64,000 nucleotides of DNA from positions 86,306,001-86,370,000 of the forward strand of contig CM052816.1 of the NCBI GenBank assembly GCA_028534125.1, written 5' to 3'. A program made the translations under genes and the position numbers. This stretch comes from Lama glama (lineage: Eukaryota). The notes beneath the pieces were generated by a model, which did not search any database, was not told the DNA's origin, and saw only the letters and a program-made list of their open reading frames with translations. Positions 38,581-52,319 of this stretch are shown piece after piece (position 1 is the stretch's first letter; each line of letters begins with the position of its first letter).

Positions 38581-41500
38581 CTCTAATGTAAGGTAATATG
38601 GTAAAATATTTCACCTGTTTTCCCACTGACATAATAAATTCCAATCACCACCTTTATATCACTATCACTGATCCCAAGATAAGAGAAAAAGGAGACATGA
38701 AAAAATAACATACAGGGCTCTGCATAACATACTTAGCTCTCCAAACATACCAGGATTGCTATCTTATCTCCTAAACGAGCATATCTCAGTTTAGACAATA
38801 TCAATTAAGCACCAAAGACACATATAAATGCTTCATTTCGAATAAACTTTTCTAAATGAAACCATGTTTATTCTGCTGTCAGAAATAATGCAAACCCAGT
38901 CAGTGTCTACATTAAATAAAAATTTACAGAACTCAGGACTAAAAACCAGTAGAGTTTTTCCAAAAGCTTTTAAAAATATTATTTAACATTTTGAAAACAA
39001 GTTGACTGCATTTTTTAAAATTTCAAGTAGTTGTTGCACTGTTTTGTTGATTGAGCCACACATATAAAAGCTGATATATTTTAAAGCTGCAAAACATAGC
39101 TTTATATAGCGTATTTTCTACATATCGTGTTATTTTATATATTCTCTTCAGTACCCTAAATGTGTCACTGAGTGGGTAAATGGTTGTTTGGCAGTTTTAC
39201 ATTTATAATTGACCAGTAATTAAAATGTAAATGAGAGAAAAATATAAGATGTTGTCAGATGGTGATCAATTTATGGTAGAATTTTTCCATATAATGTTCT
39301 ATAAATGAAACAGTATTCGAAGAAATTATCTTAGAAGAAATTTTTCCTGAGGGCAAGCATATGGACCATTTTCCAAATTGCCTTTGTTAAAATTTTATAG
39401 AGAACAAATTATTTAAAAATTGTATTATTATTAACCCTTCAGAAGATGAGTAGTACTTTATGATAATAATATTGAATACACAAACATCTAGAAATAACTT
39501 TATGGTTGAATATGGTTCTGCTATAAAATATGGTACCAAATAAGAGTTTCACATAAATCTCTTTCATTCTTAACTCTGTGTTGATTTGCAAAACGGAAAC
39601 GTGGGTAAAATAAACAAACAAAAACAAACATCCCTGAGCCTCGAAAGTTTGAATTAATAATCTCCCATAGGTCTTCATTATAGCTCCTACCTGCATTCAG
39701 TCCAACACATTAGAAACTTTTAGAACCTACATTTGTATTGAGGCAGTGAAAGTAAAGACACTGGAGTCAAACACCCTCAATTGCTTTCCAGCTTATACAT
39801 GAAACATAAAGGCCACCGTCCTCTTAAAATCTTCATTTGGTTTTGCTGTTGTTTGTGTGTGTTTTATTTTTCCCCTTGGAAAAGGAAAAATATGTTACCT
39901 TAAGCTAAAACCCTGTATTATTTTTGTTTCTTTATGGAGTTACTATTTTGTACTGTACTTTTTGTAGTTAAAAAGGTAGAAATTTCTTTATGGAATTGAA
40001 ACATACTCTGCACTAAAAATAATATTTCAAAGCTCTAAAATTTCAAAGCTCTAGCTCAGGGAAAAATTATCATGGTATCATGAAGAAAGCTTCTTTTTAG
40101 TCTACACTGACCCATGTGCCTTAACTTTTGTCAAATAAGTTACAGCCTACAAAGCTACAATAATTCTGCATAAAACATGAAAACTGGTTTTTCAATTGGT
40201 GAAGTCATAGTAAATCAAAACAATACAGCTGAGCTCATTTGTTTGGTTTCCAGTGTCCCGTTAATTCCATCCATCAGGCATAGTTTGGTACCCTAGCCTT
40301 GAAAAGTGAGCTTGAAAATGTGAATATTTATTTCCTTAAATTTTGGGAATGAGGTAATAGTGAAAACGGAAGTATGAAAATTGATCACCAGTCTTTCACT
40401 TAAAAAAAAAAAGAGAGAGAGAGAAAACTACAAAGTCTACAAAAGAAGATGATGAGGAGTGTCACCCAAAGGACTCTACATAAATGGACATTCTTTGCAC
40501 AAACGTGTTCTTGAAAATTTAATCCTCTACTTCAAATACACAACTGCAAGTTGGCAAGTGTCTTGAACCCAAAAGACATGTGATTCAGTGAGCTCTAACT
40601 CTGTGATAGGATGCACAAGAATAAATAAATCCAGTTATTTAACAGGTCTTGATTTGGCTAAAAATCAGCATTTTAATATCAAGCAAGAATTAATATTTTT
40701 CTAACTTCACTTACTCAACTCAAACAATGACTTTGGAAAGGCTTATACCCAAGGTTCCAACTCTATCTAAGATTTTATGATTTAGTGAGTCAGTTAACAA
40801 TCAATATGTTAGAAAGGAAGTCACATGATGTAGTCATAGATTAAAAGTCAGAAGAAAATGTAATTGTGAAGGACACTTAAATATCACAATTAGTCCTTTC
40901 TCAAATGTTTGCTAAAAGACATCAGAAAAATTTTGTTGGATTAAATTGGTAGACAAATACCAAGATAAAAGCTAATGATTTAACTTATAAATATAAGCCT
41001 TGTAACAAATACATGGAATAAATTAAAATAAGTAACTTTGTGATTTAATTTGGTGAAAAAAAATAAGACCAACACAGAACAATCACTCTTTAAGTATTTG
41101 GAAAGCAAAACTGAACATTTTAATTTTGACATCACTAAATTTTATTTACAGAAGAAAAAAAAACTCTTTTGACTAGTGATGATCTTAAGTTGGAGAAAAT
41201 TGTAGCCTCCCTTGCATAGCTATTGATCACATCTCACATTAATTTTCAGAAAAACAAAGAGGTTAACAGATGCTATTCTGGGTCAGTATATTTTTAGATG
41301 ATTTCAATAAATTAGCAGAATAGTAATTTAATTCTACTGTTTATAAAATTCTGAATTTTGTGGAATATCCATTCTTTATTGTAAAACAGAAAGAAGTATT
41401 ATTTTCACATAAAATACATTTTTCTATTTAGATATAAGTTAGCAAACACATTCTATTATTATTTTGTTAATTCATTACCTAAGTCATGACTCAGCTGGTA

Positions 41501-42629
41501 CTACTATTTATTATAAACTATTTGCTATTTAATAGAATATTATTTTCTCCATCTGTATGGTGCTCTTCACACTAGGTACGTATAAGAATTCATCCAGACA
41601 CGCATGCCTACATGACAACATCAAAGGTCAGTATTAACACAACAAATCTTGTAGGATTATGCTTTTTTCTTTACAACTTTCTAAACTCTTCAAATATTTG
41701 ATGATATTCTACACAATGTATAATCAAAATAATTTCATTACTTGCCATTAAAATTATTTTCTCAGGTGATGATTTAATGGGCACTTATGTTGATCAGTAA
41801 ATGTTTAAAATACTACTTTGGTATAATATAGTAAGATATATACACATTTCAGTTAAATTAAACTAAATATTATTTTATGTACAATTTTTAATTTATATTG
41901 ATAAGTTTAGGTGCTTCTTACAGGTTTGGAGAGAGTTTATTGTTGAGATCTACTTTTCAACAAGATGGCAATCATTGTACATATTTTAATTAAATACAAA
42001 TTACTTTTGACTTTTTCTGATTAATTCATTGTTTAATTTAACATTAAGTATACAAACCTATGCCTCTCATTCCTAGTACAGTGTCTTTATAATATACAAT
42101 GCTGACATTTTTTAATTAATGAAACAATAGTAGTTATTTTTAATGTTTGAAACCTAGCACCTCTTAGACCAACAGTGCTCACTCCCACATCATATCTCCT
42201 GGGAATCAGTTGCCGTGGCTGAGAAAATCAAAGAGCAATACTTTGCAGTTCTGAAATTTCACTGCAATGAATTTGAATATACCTTCAAAATATCATTCTT
42301 ATGTTGATTTTCAAATAAAGTTCTATCTAAAAAAGCATTGACTGGGAACTACTCAAGTGAAAAATGTATAATTCGCAGGATGGTTAGGAAGATGGGTAAG
42401 AATAAAACGCTGACACTGTGAACTTCTGGGTGAGCATCCAGCATGAAAATGCTGATGGTCTTCTCCTCTAAAGTATTATTCTGAAAAGTTTAAATTAATG
42501 AAAACAATAATAGTCATATGCGGGGGTGAAGGTAGAATATAAATCTTTAAAAATCGCGAAACAGACATTTGCAGATATTTTGGTTGGCCCCAGACCTGCT
42601 TTTCCTTCCATTTTCACTTCAGTTTGACA

Positions 42630-43253
42630 ACTCCATTTTGCAGTTGGAGTCATCCTTCATTTCTTTTTCCTAACACTAATTGTAACTCATCAGCAAGTCC
42701 TGTTACATTTAACTTACCTCTATAATACATACAAAATATAATTATTCCTCCATGATGCCATCATCTTCTACATGAACAAGTCTCTTTGTTGGTCTCTCAG
42801 CTTGACCACTCCTACTCTTTCCCTTCCTACAGTCTGTTCTCCATTGGGTGATCAAAATGACCTATTTTAAATCTAAATGAGCTGAGGTTTTTCCTCTGCC
42901 CCCAACCTGCAAGAGTTCCCTATCTCAGCTAGAATAAAATGCCATGATGGAATCAGCCCAGCAAGCCGGGCTTCTTGATGCCAGGACTCATCTCATTTCA
43001 GAATTCTCCGCTTTTGATTTACTGCTTTTCAGTCCGGATGGTATTCTTTCTAGTCCTCAAACAACTGAACGTGTTTCTACCTTAGGGCATTTGCACTTGC
43101 TGTCCCCTCGGCCCGGAGAGTTCTTTCCATATGTATGCAGGTGGCTGGCTTCCACACTTCATTTAATTCTGCTCAAGCATCACATCATCAAAGACTCCTT
43201 CTCTAATCGTGTTATGCAAAAAGGCACATACTGATCGGTCTCTCTTGATCTCC
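42630..43253 (+). mobile_element. L2 (L2a-like) 3' region, interrupted by an MLT1 LTR; resumes at 43726
   Basis: 'catcagcaagtcctgtt', 'ctacagtctgttctcc...aaaatgacctattttaaatctaa' and 'ccttagggcatttgcacttgctgtcccctc'. Confidence 0.85.
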
Positions 43254-43725
43254 TGTATTAGTTTCCTATCACTCCTGGAACAAATTACCTCAAATGTGAG
43301 GCTTAAACAACACAAATTGAGTATCTAAACAGTTCTATAGGTGAGCATTTTGACAAAGTTCTCACTAGACTAAAGTCATTGTGTCAGCACAGGTTGTGTT
43401 CCTTTTTTTCTGGGGGAGTATCTGTTCTCCTGTGTTTTCTAGCTTTCAGAGAATGACCAAGGTCCTTGGCTCATCCATCTCCTCATACTGACATCTCACT
43501 GGTTCTCTTCTTATTTTCAAATCTCTTTGTGAGCTGAGAAATCTTCTGTGCTTTGAAAGACTCATGTAATTATGTTGAGTTTGCCAGAATCATGAGGATC
43601 TTCATCTCAAGATCCTTAACTTAATCCCATCTGTAAAGTCCCTTTTACTATGTAAGGTAATATATTCACAGGTTTCAAAGACTGGGTTGTAGACATCTTT
43701 GGGTGCCATTCTTCTGTTGACCACA
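43254..43725 (-). mobile_element. MaLR solo LTR (MLT1C/D-like), full length
   Basis: Termini 'tgtattagtttccta' and 'tcttctgttgaccaca'. TSD tctcc (43249-43253) / cctcc (43726-43730), 4 of 5 bases matching. Confidence 0.9.
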
Positions 43726-43942
43726 CCTCCTTACCTGTTTTGTTTTTACCTGTAGCACTTACCACCATCTTTAGTACTATTATATTCTTGTTTATTTGCT
43801 TACTTTCTTTCTCTCCTTAGTCAAAAGCAAGTTTCTTGGAATGAAACTTTCTATATTTTCTTCACTGTTCTATCCCCAAAGCCTAGAATAGTCCCTGGGA
43901 TAAAAGGTACATTAAAAAAGTATTTGTTCAATGAATAAATAA
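43726..43942 (+). mobile_element. L2 3' terminus (continuation)
   Basis: 'tagcacttaccaccatc...ttcactgttctatccccaaagcctagaatagtccctgg...atttgttcaatgaataaat'. Confidence 0.85.
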
Positions 43943-46689
43943 GCCAAGTTGTATATGGTAACTAAAATAGATATTTATAGGTAGGAATAGTAGATATGAT
44001 ACTGAAATTAGACACACTACTCAAATTAATTGTGATTTAATTTGAATATAAAATAGAATTTTCAGGTATAGTGAAATAATATGTCACATGTTTTCATTAG
44101 AGTGATCTGTCTGCAAACCACCACATCTCCCATGCACATCCAAGGAATAGTAGGTTAAGTATATAAAAAAGAAACAAATCTCATATTCAATGTTTATAAT
44201 CAGATAACAATTTTATTCTTTAAGGAAAAACAAAATTCACAACAGCATATTGCCTATTAAGCTAGATAGTGCCCCAAAGATTCCAAAGTATATGTGGGTG
44301 GGTGGTGGGGTCACTGGAGAAAACAAATGAAGTCTAAACACTTCATACTAACAGTATTAACACATCAGTATCTTCTTATTGAAAAGAGTTCACAATCATC
44401 AAAATAATTATCATCTGAATTTATTCTCTGTTCATAAATCTGCCCTGATTATTATCATTTAACTTTTGATTATATCTTATTTTTGAGGAATTATGTATAA
44501 ATAAAAATCTACACATTTATTTCTATTGGCTTCAAAAATGGGCATTTGCAATCTTGCACCATAGACTGTAAGCTAACAAGAAGAACACAAAGGATAAAAG
44601 GTAATAATATCATGATAAAGATTTTCAAAGCTCTGGTAGTTAATATCTGTAATGTATTTCCCTTTATGATATCAAATAGCCATTTATATGTGGCTGTATA
44701 TTGTGTTAAATTTAAATACATCCACATATTACATATGGTTCACATGGCTGTGTCAATACTGCTAATAAGATAAAAATTTCAATTTTCTGATCTGTATGTG
44801 GTTATCAATTTCATAAATTTTTAGTGGATTCTATTCATGTATTATTTCCTTCTTTAACCACCCCCCAAAAAGAAAATTAATTACCTGACAGATTAGATTG
44901 ATCAGAGAGACAAAGACTGAGAAACTTTTAAGACTGTAGGTAGAATTTTAAGATTAAATGCTGGGATAGTGAATTATAAACCCATATTTTAGAAGAGTAC
45001 ATTTTATCCTACATCTTGGTTTTATGGAGGGAAAACAGCCCACTGTTGGAGTAACCACCACCTGCCCCAAGTCAGGACCAGAAGCCTCCAGTGATGAAGC
45101 CAAGCTTGGAGGTCTCTCTGTCCTGGGGCTTTGATTCAAACTCAGTTCTTTCCCACTTCTAGGCCCCTGTGTATGCTCCTCAATTCAGGCCTTCTCTCCT
45201 TGCTATGGTCCTCTCCCAACCCAGAGCAAGATGTAAGGTGCTGAAAACATCTAGATAGGCTAATATTAGAGTGATCATGAACTTATTCAAAAAATGTTAA
45301 ATAGGTCTGGAAGACTTACTAAGGGAGGTGTTTGAGAGAGAGAGAAAGGCATCTCAGGATTAAAATAGAGGAAGGAATTCTTTTGATAGATAAAAAAAGT
45401 AAAAAATAATTAGGTTTGAACATAAGATAAATCAAAGATGATTACAGTACTGTAAGTATCATGCCTGTACGAACATTTAAAAAGTTTTAGGGTTTATTAT
45501 GACGTTACTTGATACATGTTAATGTTGAAAGTCACAGATAGTTCTGCATCTTTAATCTTTCCCACTGGTTTATAATTTTAGGTTTAGCACTACTTATGTT
45601 GTTAAATGATGTTGTTCTCTTGTTTTCCTTAAATATTAATTATTTTCTTTTTATTTTGGAGAAAAACCATTTTACTATACTAGAATGATGACAAAGAACA
45701 AAAGTAAAGTTAATAAAGGACACACAAAAAATTTCCACTCCTGGAGTAGTATTTATTGAAAGCAACTCAGGAATTTCACAAATGATCATTCCTATGCTTT
45801 GATTTATTTTGTTTTTTAAATTTAAATTTAGTATTTAAACTAGGCAGTAATTTAACTGCTAATAATTTTAGTAAATCACCTAAAGTTTGCTTTTGATTGT
45901 GTATTTTTTGCAAAGACTTTTAATCCATTTGCACTCAATTAGTGCAATTATTAGTTAGAATAAGAAATGCATAATGTAAACAAGTATATTTAGCTTGAGA
46001 TCTTGTATCTAGTTGAACAGTTGCTGTATCAATTAAATGAAGAAATTTGTGAAATATAAGTCTTTGTTTCAAAATAAAACTCCTCTAATTAGAGTGCATT
46101 TATTTTGGCCTAACCATGGGCTGATTCAGATTATGTTTAAAAAAAAATCTAAATACTTGATAAATCTTGGTTTATCAGCCAAATTATAGTTTGATGCAGA
46201 TACTATGATATAAAAAATAAATAAGTCTTCACATAAAATTAAACAATGGCATAATTCACTATATAAATGAATGGTCTCAACATAGATTTTTTTTCCTCTA
46301 TGATTTTCCTAAAATATGGTCTGGTACCAAAGAATCAACAAATGGTTCAATGGTTGTTGTCTTCCTCTTGTTATTGTTTTGTTTTGCTAGTGCTGAAAAG
46401 TGGCTGAAAATCTGGCAAAGATTAACCCACTTTCATGGGGCTAGATGCAACCTTTGGTACATTGTAGTAGTTGTTGGTTTTGCTCTATTCCAGTGACCTA
46501 TAGCATGAGCAAGATGTTCTTAGGGCAACAAAATGATACATGTATGCATAACATGTCTGATAAATTAGGAATCCATTGTTGTAGTGGTTACAGATACCTG
46601 CAGCAACGAAAATGCTTTGGCCAATTAGGTGGTGCTAGAAGGGCATGATTTATGTGTTATCAGGTAACACAAAATGATTTCTTCTAAAA

Positions 46690-47035
46690 ATACTGGAGTA
46701 AAGGGCATTCCATCGTCTTCCTAATTTCATCTCAAACCTTACCTCATCTAGGAAATTTTTCTGATCCCCTTTCTTGCCCCTCCCCACTTTGGCCAAGACC
46801 CCTATAAGATGCAATAGAATCCTGTCTTCTTTCATAGCACTTATCACAGTGAATAGTAATATAATCATCTGTGATATTAAATAATTATTCTTTTCTCCTA
46901 CCAGAGAGTGAGCTTTGTGCAGTTAAGGACTGAGTAAGCTATTGATCACCATCATATCCCCAGCGATAAGAAAATTATACAGCATTGTCACAGCTCAATA
47001 AGCAACTGGAGGATAAATAACTGAATACATGGATG
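46690..47035 (+). mobile_element. L2 3' terminus
   Basis: 'tcacc/ttacctcatctaggaaatttttctgatccc', 'catagcacttatcacagtg' and 'cagctcaataagcaactggaggataaataactgaat'. Confidence 0.75.
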
Positions 47036-47283
47036 AAGGAAATTCTACCTTCTGATATCATTGAGGCCTGATGCCAGTGACTTGATGCTAGAGATCAAAT
47101 GTTCAGAGTCAATTCCAGCTTAACAGGAGTCAAGAACACTTTATTGTCCTTGTTTACTAATGACAAATAGATTTATCGATGTGTTTGTCTGTTAAATGTC
47201 AACACTGATTACTGTTCAAACACTCACCTGTGATGGGAACTTCTCAGTCCATGAATGACATCATAATGCATCAGCATTATAAG

Positions 47284-47456
47284 TAGTTCAGCTATAAAAT
47301 CCCAGGCCCCAGTGCAAAATGAAAATGCGGAACCCCTTGTTCAAAAATTAAGAAACTCAAGACTGCATGAGCAGCTCATTAAACCAAGGGTAGACTCCTT
47401 CTAGGCACGGGGCCCTGTGTGACTACACAAAATGCAAACCCACAAAGCCAGCCCAG
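47284..47456 (-). mobile_element. MER91A hAT-Tip100 MITE
   Basis: 'gccccagtgcaaaatgaaaatgcggaaccccttgttcaaaaattaagaa...cattaaaccaag...ggggccctgtgtgactacaca' is the reverse complement of MER91A. The flanks attataag / tctataaa match at 5 of 8. Confidence 0.88.
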
Positions 47457-48180
47457 TCTATAAAGAAGAAGGTATTTTTGGTTTCCTTTAGTTTGGGAAT
47501 CTGATTTTATGAAACTCCTCCTCCTCCCCCTGTTCCTTCTCGTTGTTTCAGTCCCCTTTCCTTTTTCTCTTCCATATATCACGTGAAGGGTTACACAGGG
47601 CTGTGTGTCATCACACCTCGGGTAAGAATAGACATTTGAATGCGCAGCGAGCTCCCATCATTACTGGAGACTGTAAGAAAGGAGTTCAGGACCCCTCCTC
47701 CCTCTTGTTCTCTTGTCAACTCTGGTGCGACTCTGTCTAGTCAACACACTGCCAGGTGGAGCACCATTGCCAGGCCTTTTCACTGCCATCCTCCCCTAGC
47801 GTGTTGACTGCTGAAATTAAAACCGAAGCTGACGCTAATCAGAGTTGTAATACTATATTTTGAAACCTCCAGAGTAACTACTTCTACGTTCATCTACACT
47901 TGGCAGAATATCCCCCTTTCTTCCCCTTCATTTACTTTAGTGTTTCACTGGTCTTCATTTCTGTCTCTCTCGTTAGATGGTTAAATCCTTATTTAGCGAG
48001 CTCATGGTTATAGCTCTCCCCCACAATCTCATAAATAGCATCATGCTTTGCAGTGCTTCTGCACATAATATATATGTGTTAAAATAATAAGTGATTGCAT
48101 AAACAAGTCTCTCATTTATAAATCGTGAGTTTTAAGTCGGGGTTTCTTACTTTTCTAGATTGCTTTAAAGCAACTGTAGG

Positions 48181-48360
48181 CCGCTGATTCTCAAATTTCA
48201 GCTCTAGGAACCACTTTGAGACATTTGAAAATAGGGTGCTGACCACCCCCATAGTTTCTGATTCAGTAGATCTGAGAAGGTCCTGAGAATCTGCATTTAT
48301 AACAAGATCTCAGGTGATGCTAAAGTTGTTGATCTAAGACTGCATTTTGTGCACCATTTT
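48181..48360 (+). mobile_element. MER5A hAT-Charlie MITE
   Basis: 'gtttctgattcagtagatctgagaaggtcctgagaatctgcatttataacaagatctcaggtgatgct'. Confidence 0.88.
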
Positions 48361-48388
48361 TCCAGACATTTAAAGGAAAAATTACTGG

Positions 48389-48684
48389 TTTTTTCCTCTA
48401 GTTTTATTGAGATGTAATTGACATACAGCACTAAGTTATAAGTGTATAGCATAATAATTTGATTTGCATACATTATGAATTTGTTACCACAATAAGTTTA
48501 ATGAACATCCATCATCTCCTATAGATGCAAAATTAAAGAAATAGAGAAAATATTTTTTCCTCTGTTGAGAACTCTTAGGATTTACTCTCTTAACAACTTT
48601 CATATATAACACACAGCAGTATTAATTATATTTATCATGGTGTACATTACATCCCTAGTACTCATTTATCTTATAAATGGAAGT
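48389..48684 (-). mobile_element. L1 extreme 3' end (laurasiatherian type)
   Basis: 'ttttattgagatgtaattgacatacagcact...gagaactcttaggatttactctcttaacaactttcatatata...tgtacattacatccctagtactcatttatcttata'. Confidence 0.85.
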
Positions 48685-49138
48685 TTTTACAGAAAAAAAA
48701 ATTCAGTGATACTTGCCAAAGCATAGTAAGGAAGACTTTATTCAATGGGACCATCGAGATGGGGTCTCCTGTGGAGAAGGGAGATTGGGCTTAACTCTGA
48801 TTACAGCATGGGCAAGTGGGAATTATAGTCCAGGAGCAGGATGGGGTCAGTGGATGGAAAGCTAAGAGGAAACATCACAGGTAAGAGGGGAATTCTGGCT
48901 AAACTGACCTACCAGGATTCTTACTGAAGGTCAGACATCACCTGGGGGATGGTGGAGCATGAGGAACTTGATAAAAAATTGAGGGTGTTCAGATATTGAA
49001 GGTGGGGATTCTGATTAAACTGAGTCAGTAGGATTCTTGCTAAAACTGGACAATGCAGAGATGAACACAGAAGTCCAAAAGTCAGGCCTCATTGTCAGGG
49101 GAGCTTGAGTAAAGTTTGATCAATGAAAGGGACTGTCA
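48685..49138 (-). mobile_element. MER31-like ERV1 solo LTR
   Basis: Reverse complement of MER31: 'gtaaggaagactttattca', 'cagacatcacctgggggatggtggag' and 'aggattcttgctaaaactgg', ending 'tgtca'. Confidence 0.85.
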
Positions 49139-49269
49139 CAGCCCATATCATTGGTCCTATAGGTAGAAGACCCAGTCATGTTCAAAATTTTCCTAAAGAC
49201 TAGAGTGACCATTTTCTTGGTATAGGTGTGTTTCCCACTGACATTTCTCATTGGATCAACAAATAATAA

Positions 49270-49709
49270 TCTTGGGAGACAGTTTTCCATATGTCTCTCT
49301 CACATACTAACCCCCTTTTTGTTTAAACTATATTTTCAAGGGCATTTGTATAAGAACAGCCTTGGATGATGACTTATTGTCTCCACCAGAGTAGGGGGAT
49401 TTATATGTGGTACAACAACATAAAAGTACTATCTCTCCTTGGAGTTCAGGCTGTTTTGCTCACACTCCATTATGTGCTCCCTAAGCTTGGTGTCTCTCAA
49501 CTATAATGCAACATCGACCTGAGCCCATCTCAGGCAATGCCCAAAGGAGACGTGGGGACAAAGAGAATTGACACAGATGTGATGGCTGTACTGCTTCCTG
49601 TGCCTTTTGTCTCTGACTTCAGAGTCTCAAGTCTTCTGCCAACATCCACCAAGCTAATTTGGGAGTTTCCAGGTAGGGTAAATTATCACAAAATTAACCA
49701 TTATTGACA
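49270..49709 (+). mobile_element. LTR40-like ERVL solo LTR
   Basis: Starts 'tcttgggagacag', contains 'tttgtctctgacttcagagtctcaagtcttctgccaacatcca' and ends 'attgaca'. Perfect 5-bp TSD AATAA at 49265-49269 and 49710-49714. Confidence 0.85.
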
Positions 49710-50624
49710 AATAATAACTGAAGGAAAGGAAGAAGAGTAATGAAATGATATTTTAGAAAGAAGAAATCAAATAATAGTTGGGATTTTTCTAATCTTTTAT
49801 AACAGGTATTTATTTTAAAATATTGCCTTTCCTGAAAAAGATTCTAAGAATTCTAAGAATGGATTTTCAGAGTGATAATATTAATTAAAATGTTGATTTT
49901 ACCATTCAGACCTAGTCTCTGTATTAACAATACAACTTAAAATAAATATAAACATGAGATTATAGTTTTGTTCATTAAATGTAATTAAAAATATATTAGA
50001 GTTATGATTTATTATTTTTCACTTTTTTTATTTGAAAGATTTCTTGTAATCACTTTCTTAGGTGTAAATTTAAATCATCACCAAACAACAGAAGATTCAA
50101 TCTTGATTACTTTCACTTCACCAATGTTTCAAAATTTCAAATAAGCCACTATCCTTATTCAGGTAAAGATGGAAGCAGTCAGATCGAGTAAGAATTTACT
50201 TTTCAATCAATATGAGAATTATTCAATCTATTTTATGTCTTGCTAAGTCGATAAGATTCAATTTACTTGTAAATCTTTTATATATAACCCCAAACTTTTA
50301 CTTTAAAAATAGGAGGAAAGAAAACCAAGAGATGTGATTCAGGTTTGATCTAAGAGAGAAAACCAGCCCTGACCTTTATACCTAAAGTATACAGAACGCG
50401 GTGGCTTATGAGGAGAAGCGAGCAGGAGGATCCAAATAAATGTCAGATCACACGTTCTTTCATCAACTCTTGATTGTTTTTCAAAATAATTACATTTTTT
50501 GGAAGTATAACTGGTGATTCGATATTTTAATTTTTTCCTGGCTCGAGCCTCCCTTGTCCCATTCCCAAACCACATGGTCTAAGAAAAGTTGAGATAAGGC
50601 TAAACAGTAGTAACAGAGGGTACT

Positions 50625-51000
50625 GTTACAAACAGGTTTTAATTCAGCTGCAGATAACAGAAACCCCTCCAGCTACTTCAGGCAAAATAAATGAAATAAC
50701 AATAATTAGGGATAGATGGTAATTTACAGCATTAATAAAACAAGAGGACTAAGTGAATATCAAGAGCGCTTCTAGCTCCAGAATCACACACGCACTGCTG
50801 TGATGCAAATGGCCGGCAACAGTGCCTCAGGTAAGGGTGATGGCAAAGCCATACTTCTTCAGTTATTATCCGTGTGGCCACATCAATGCTTTTCCCCTTG
50901 ACTTTCTCTTTATTTAACTTGATTTCTAATTCAAAGATGATGAGGACATCTGAAAAATGGAATATGAATTCCAATGGAATCTCATTCGATTCCACTTTCC
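50625..51000 (-). mobile_element. Possible very old MaLR/ERVL LTR fragment
   Basis: 'ttcagctgcagataacagaaacccctccagctacttcaggcaaaa' resembles an antisense old MLT1 terminus. The rest is too diverged to judge. Confidence 0.4.
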
Positions 51001-52319
51001 CCTCCTGGACCACTCACTGCTGGGGCAATGTACTTTTACATTTGGAAATTAGAAAAAATGTTGTGTCAAACAAGCTATGACAGGTGTTTTTTGTTTGTTT
51101 GTTTTTGTTTTTGTTTGTTTTTTGCCACTGTATTTGAGGAGGGTGAAGCAGAGTAGACTTTCTCCACTCTCATGTCACAGCCATAAAAAGAGAACAAGGT
51201 TTGATTAACTGTTATAGTGGAAAGTGATATAATCTCTTATACTATTAAAAGAAAGGCTGGAAAATATGCCTGAGAAGCTATTGTTTTAAAACAAGTATGT
51301 AGCTGTTTAGCAAGTGACACCTTAAGTGACACCTAATGCTTGTTGTTTAGCAAGAGCGTGACAACTTTTAGGCATATAATTCCACATGGAATAGAAAGTT
51401 CATTTATTTAATTGATTTTAACCAAATTGCCTCTTTTACTCTTGCAATGAAGGAGGTAGCCTTCAAAGGGTCCCATTATTATAATGAAAACATCTCGTCA
51501 GTTTCTTGAATGTTTTATGATTATGGTAAGGCATTTTCTGTGCAATTTCACATTTAGCTTTAAAAAATATGGAAATGTAGTTTTTAAAGTTTTCATCAGC
51601 TTTTATTTTTATTTATAATGGTCATGTGGCCTTTGCTCACATTGAGGGACACTTTTGTGAGGCGTTGATCCATTTGTCCCATTTATACAGAGCCCACTGT
51701 TCCTTTTACTGACTTTTCATGGGGTGACATTTCCTTACATTGGTGACTATAGGGATGTTTACCTAATTTGCAGGAATCGTTTACATAGTATTTCTGGAGA
51801 AAACTCAAAAAAAATAGAGAAATTAGTTAAACCATTTATAGAATGAAAGAAGGAACTGAAAACTGATGTTGCTTAATAAAACAAAAATTATCAGAAGTTT
51901 TAATTTTTAGCCAATGTTTTGTTTGTTCTATATTTTAATTTTTATTACTAAAACTTTTATTCAATAGGGTAGCATTTGAATCTCATGCAAGGAGGGCATT
52001 AAGAAAAATGGGATAAGTTTTAATACACTCGTTGTTCAAATTCTCTCTCACTCTCATATCTGTATCTACATATTGTGAATTTTGGAATACATGGATGTCT
52101 TGCTGTTTTGTCATTTATTTAATACACTACCTGACCCTAAAACAGAAAATGCAATAACCGGCAATACCATTGTTTTATTCTTCAAAGTTTTAAAGTGTGA
52201 TTAAAATTTATTTTGCATGGATAACATTCTCTAACATCATGACAAAATTTTAATTTTAAACAAAAGGAAATTTTTGGTTTTTTCCCGAAACAGTTATAAA
52301 ACATGCTGCTGTATGATAC

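Noticed and set aside
50603..50629. GTAACAG...CTGTTAC hairpin
   Set aside because: A 7-bp stem is at chance level, and it sits at the edge of a probable old LTR.
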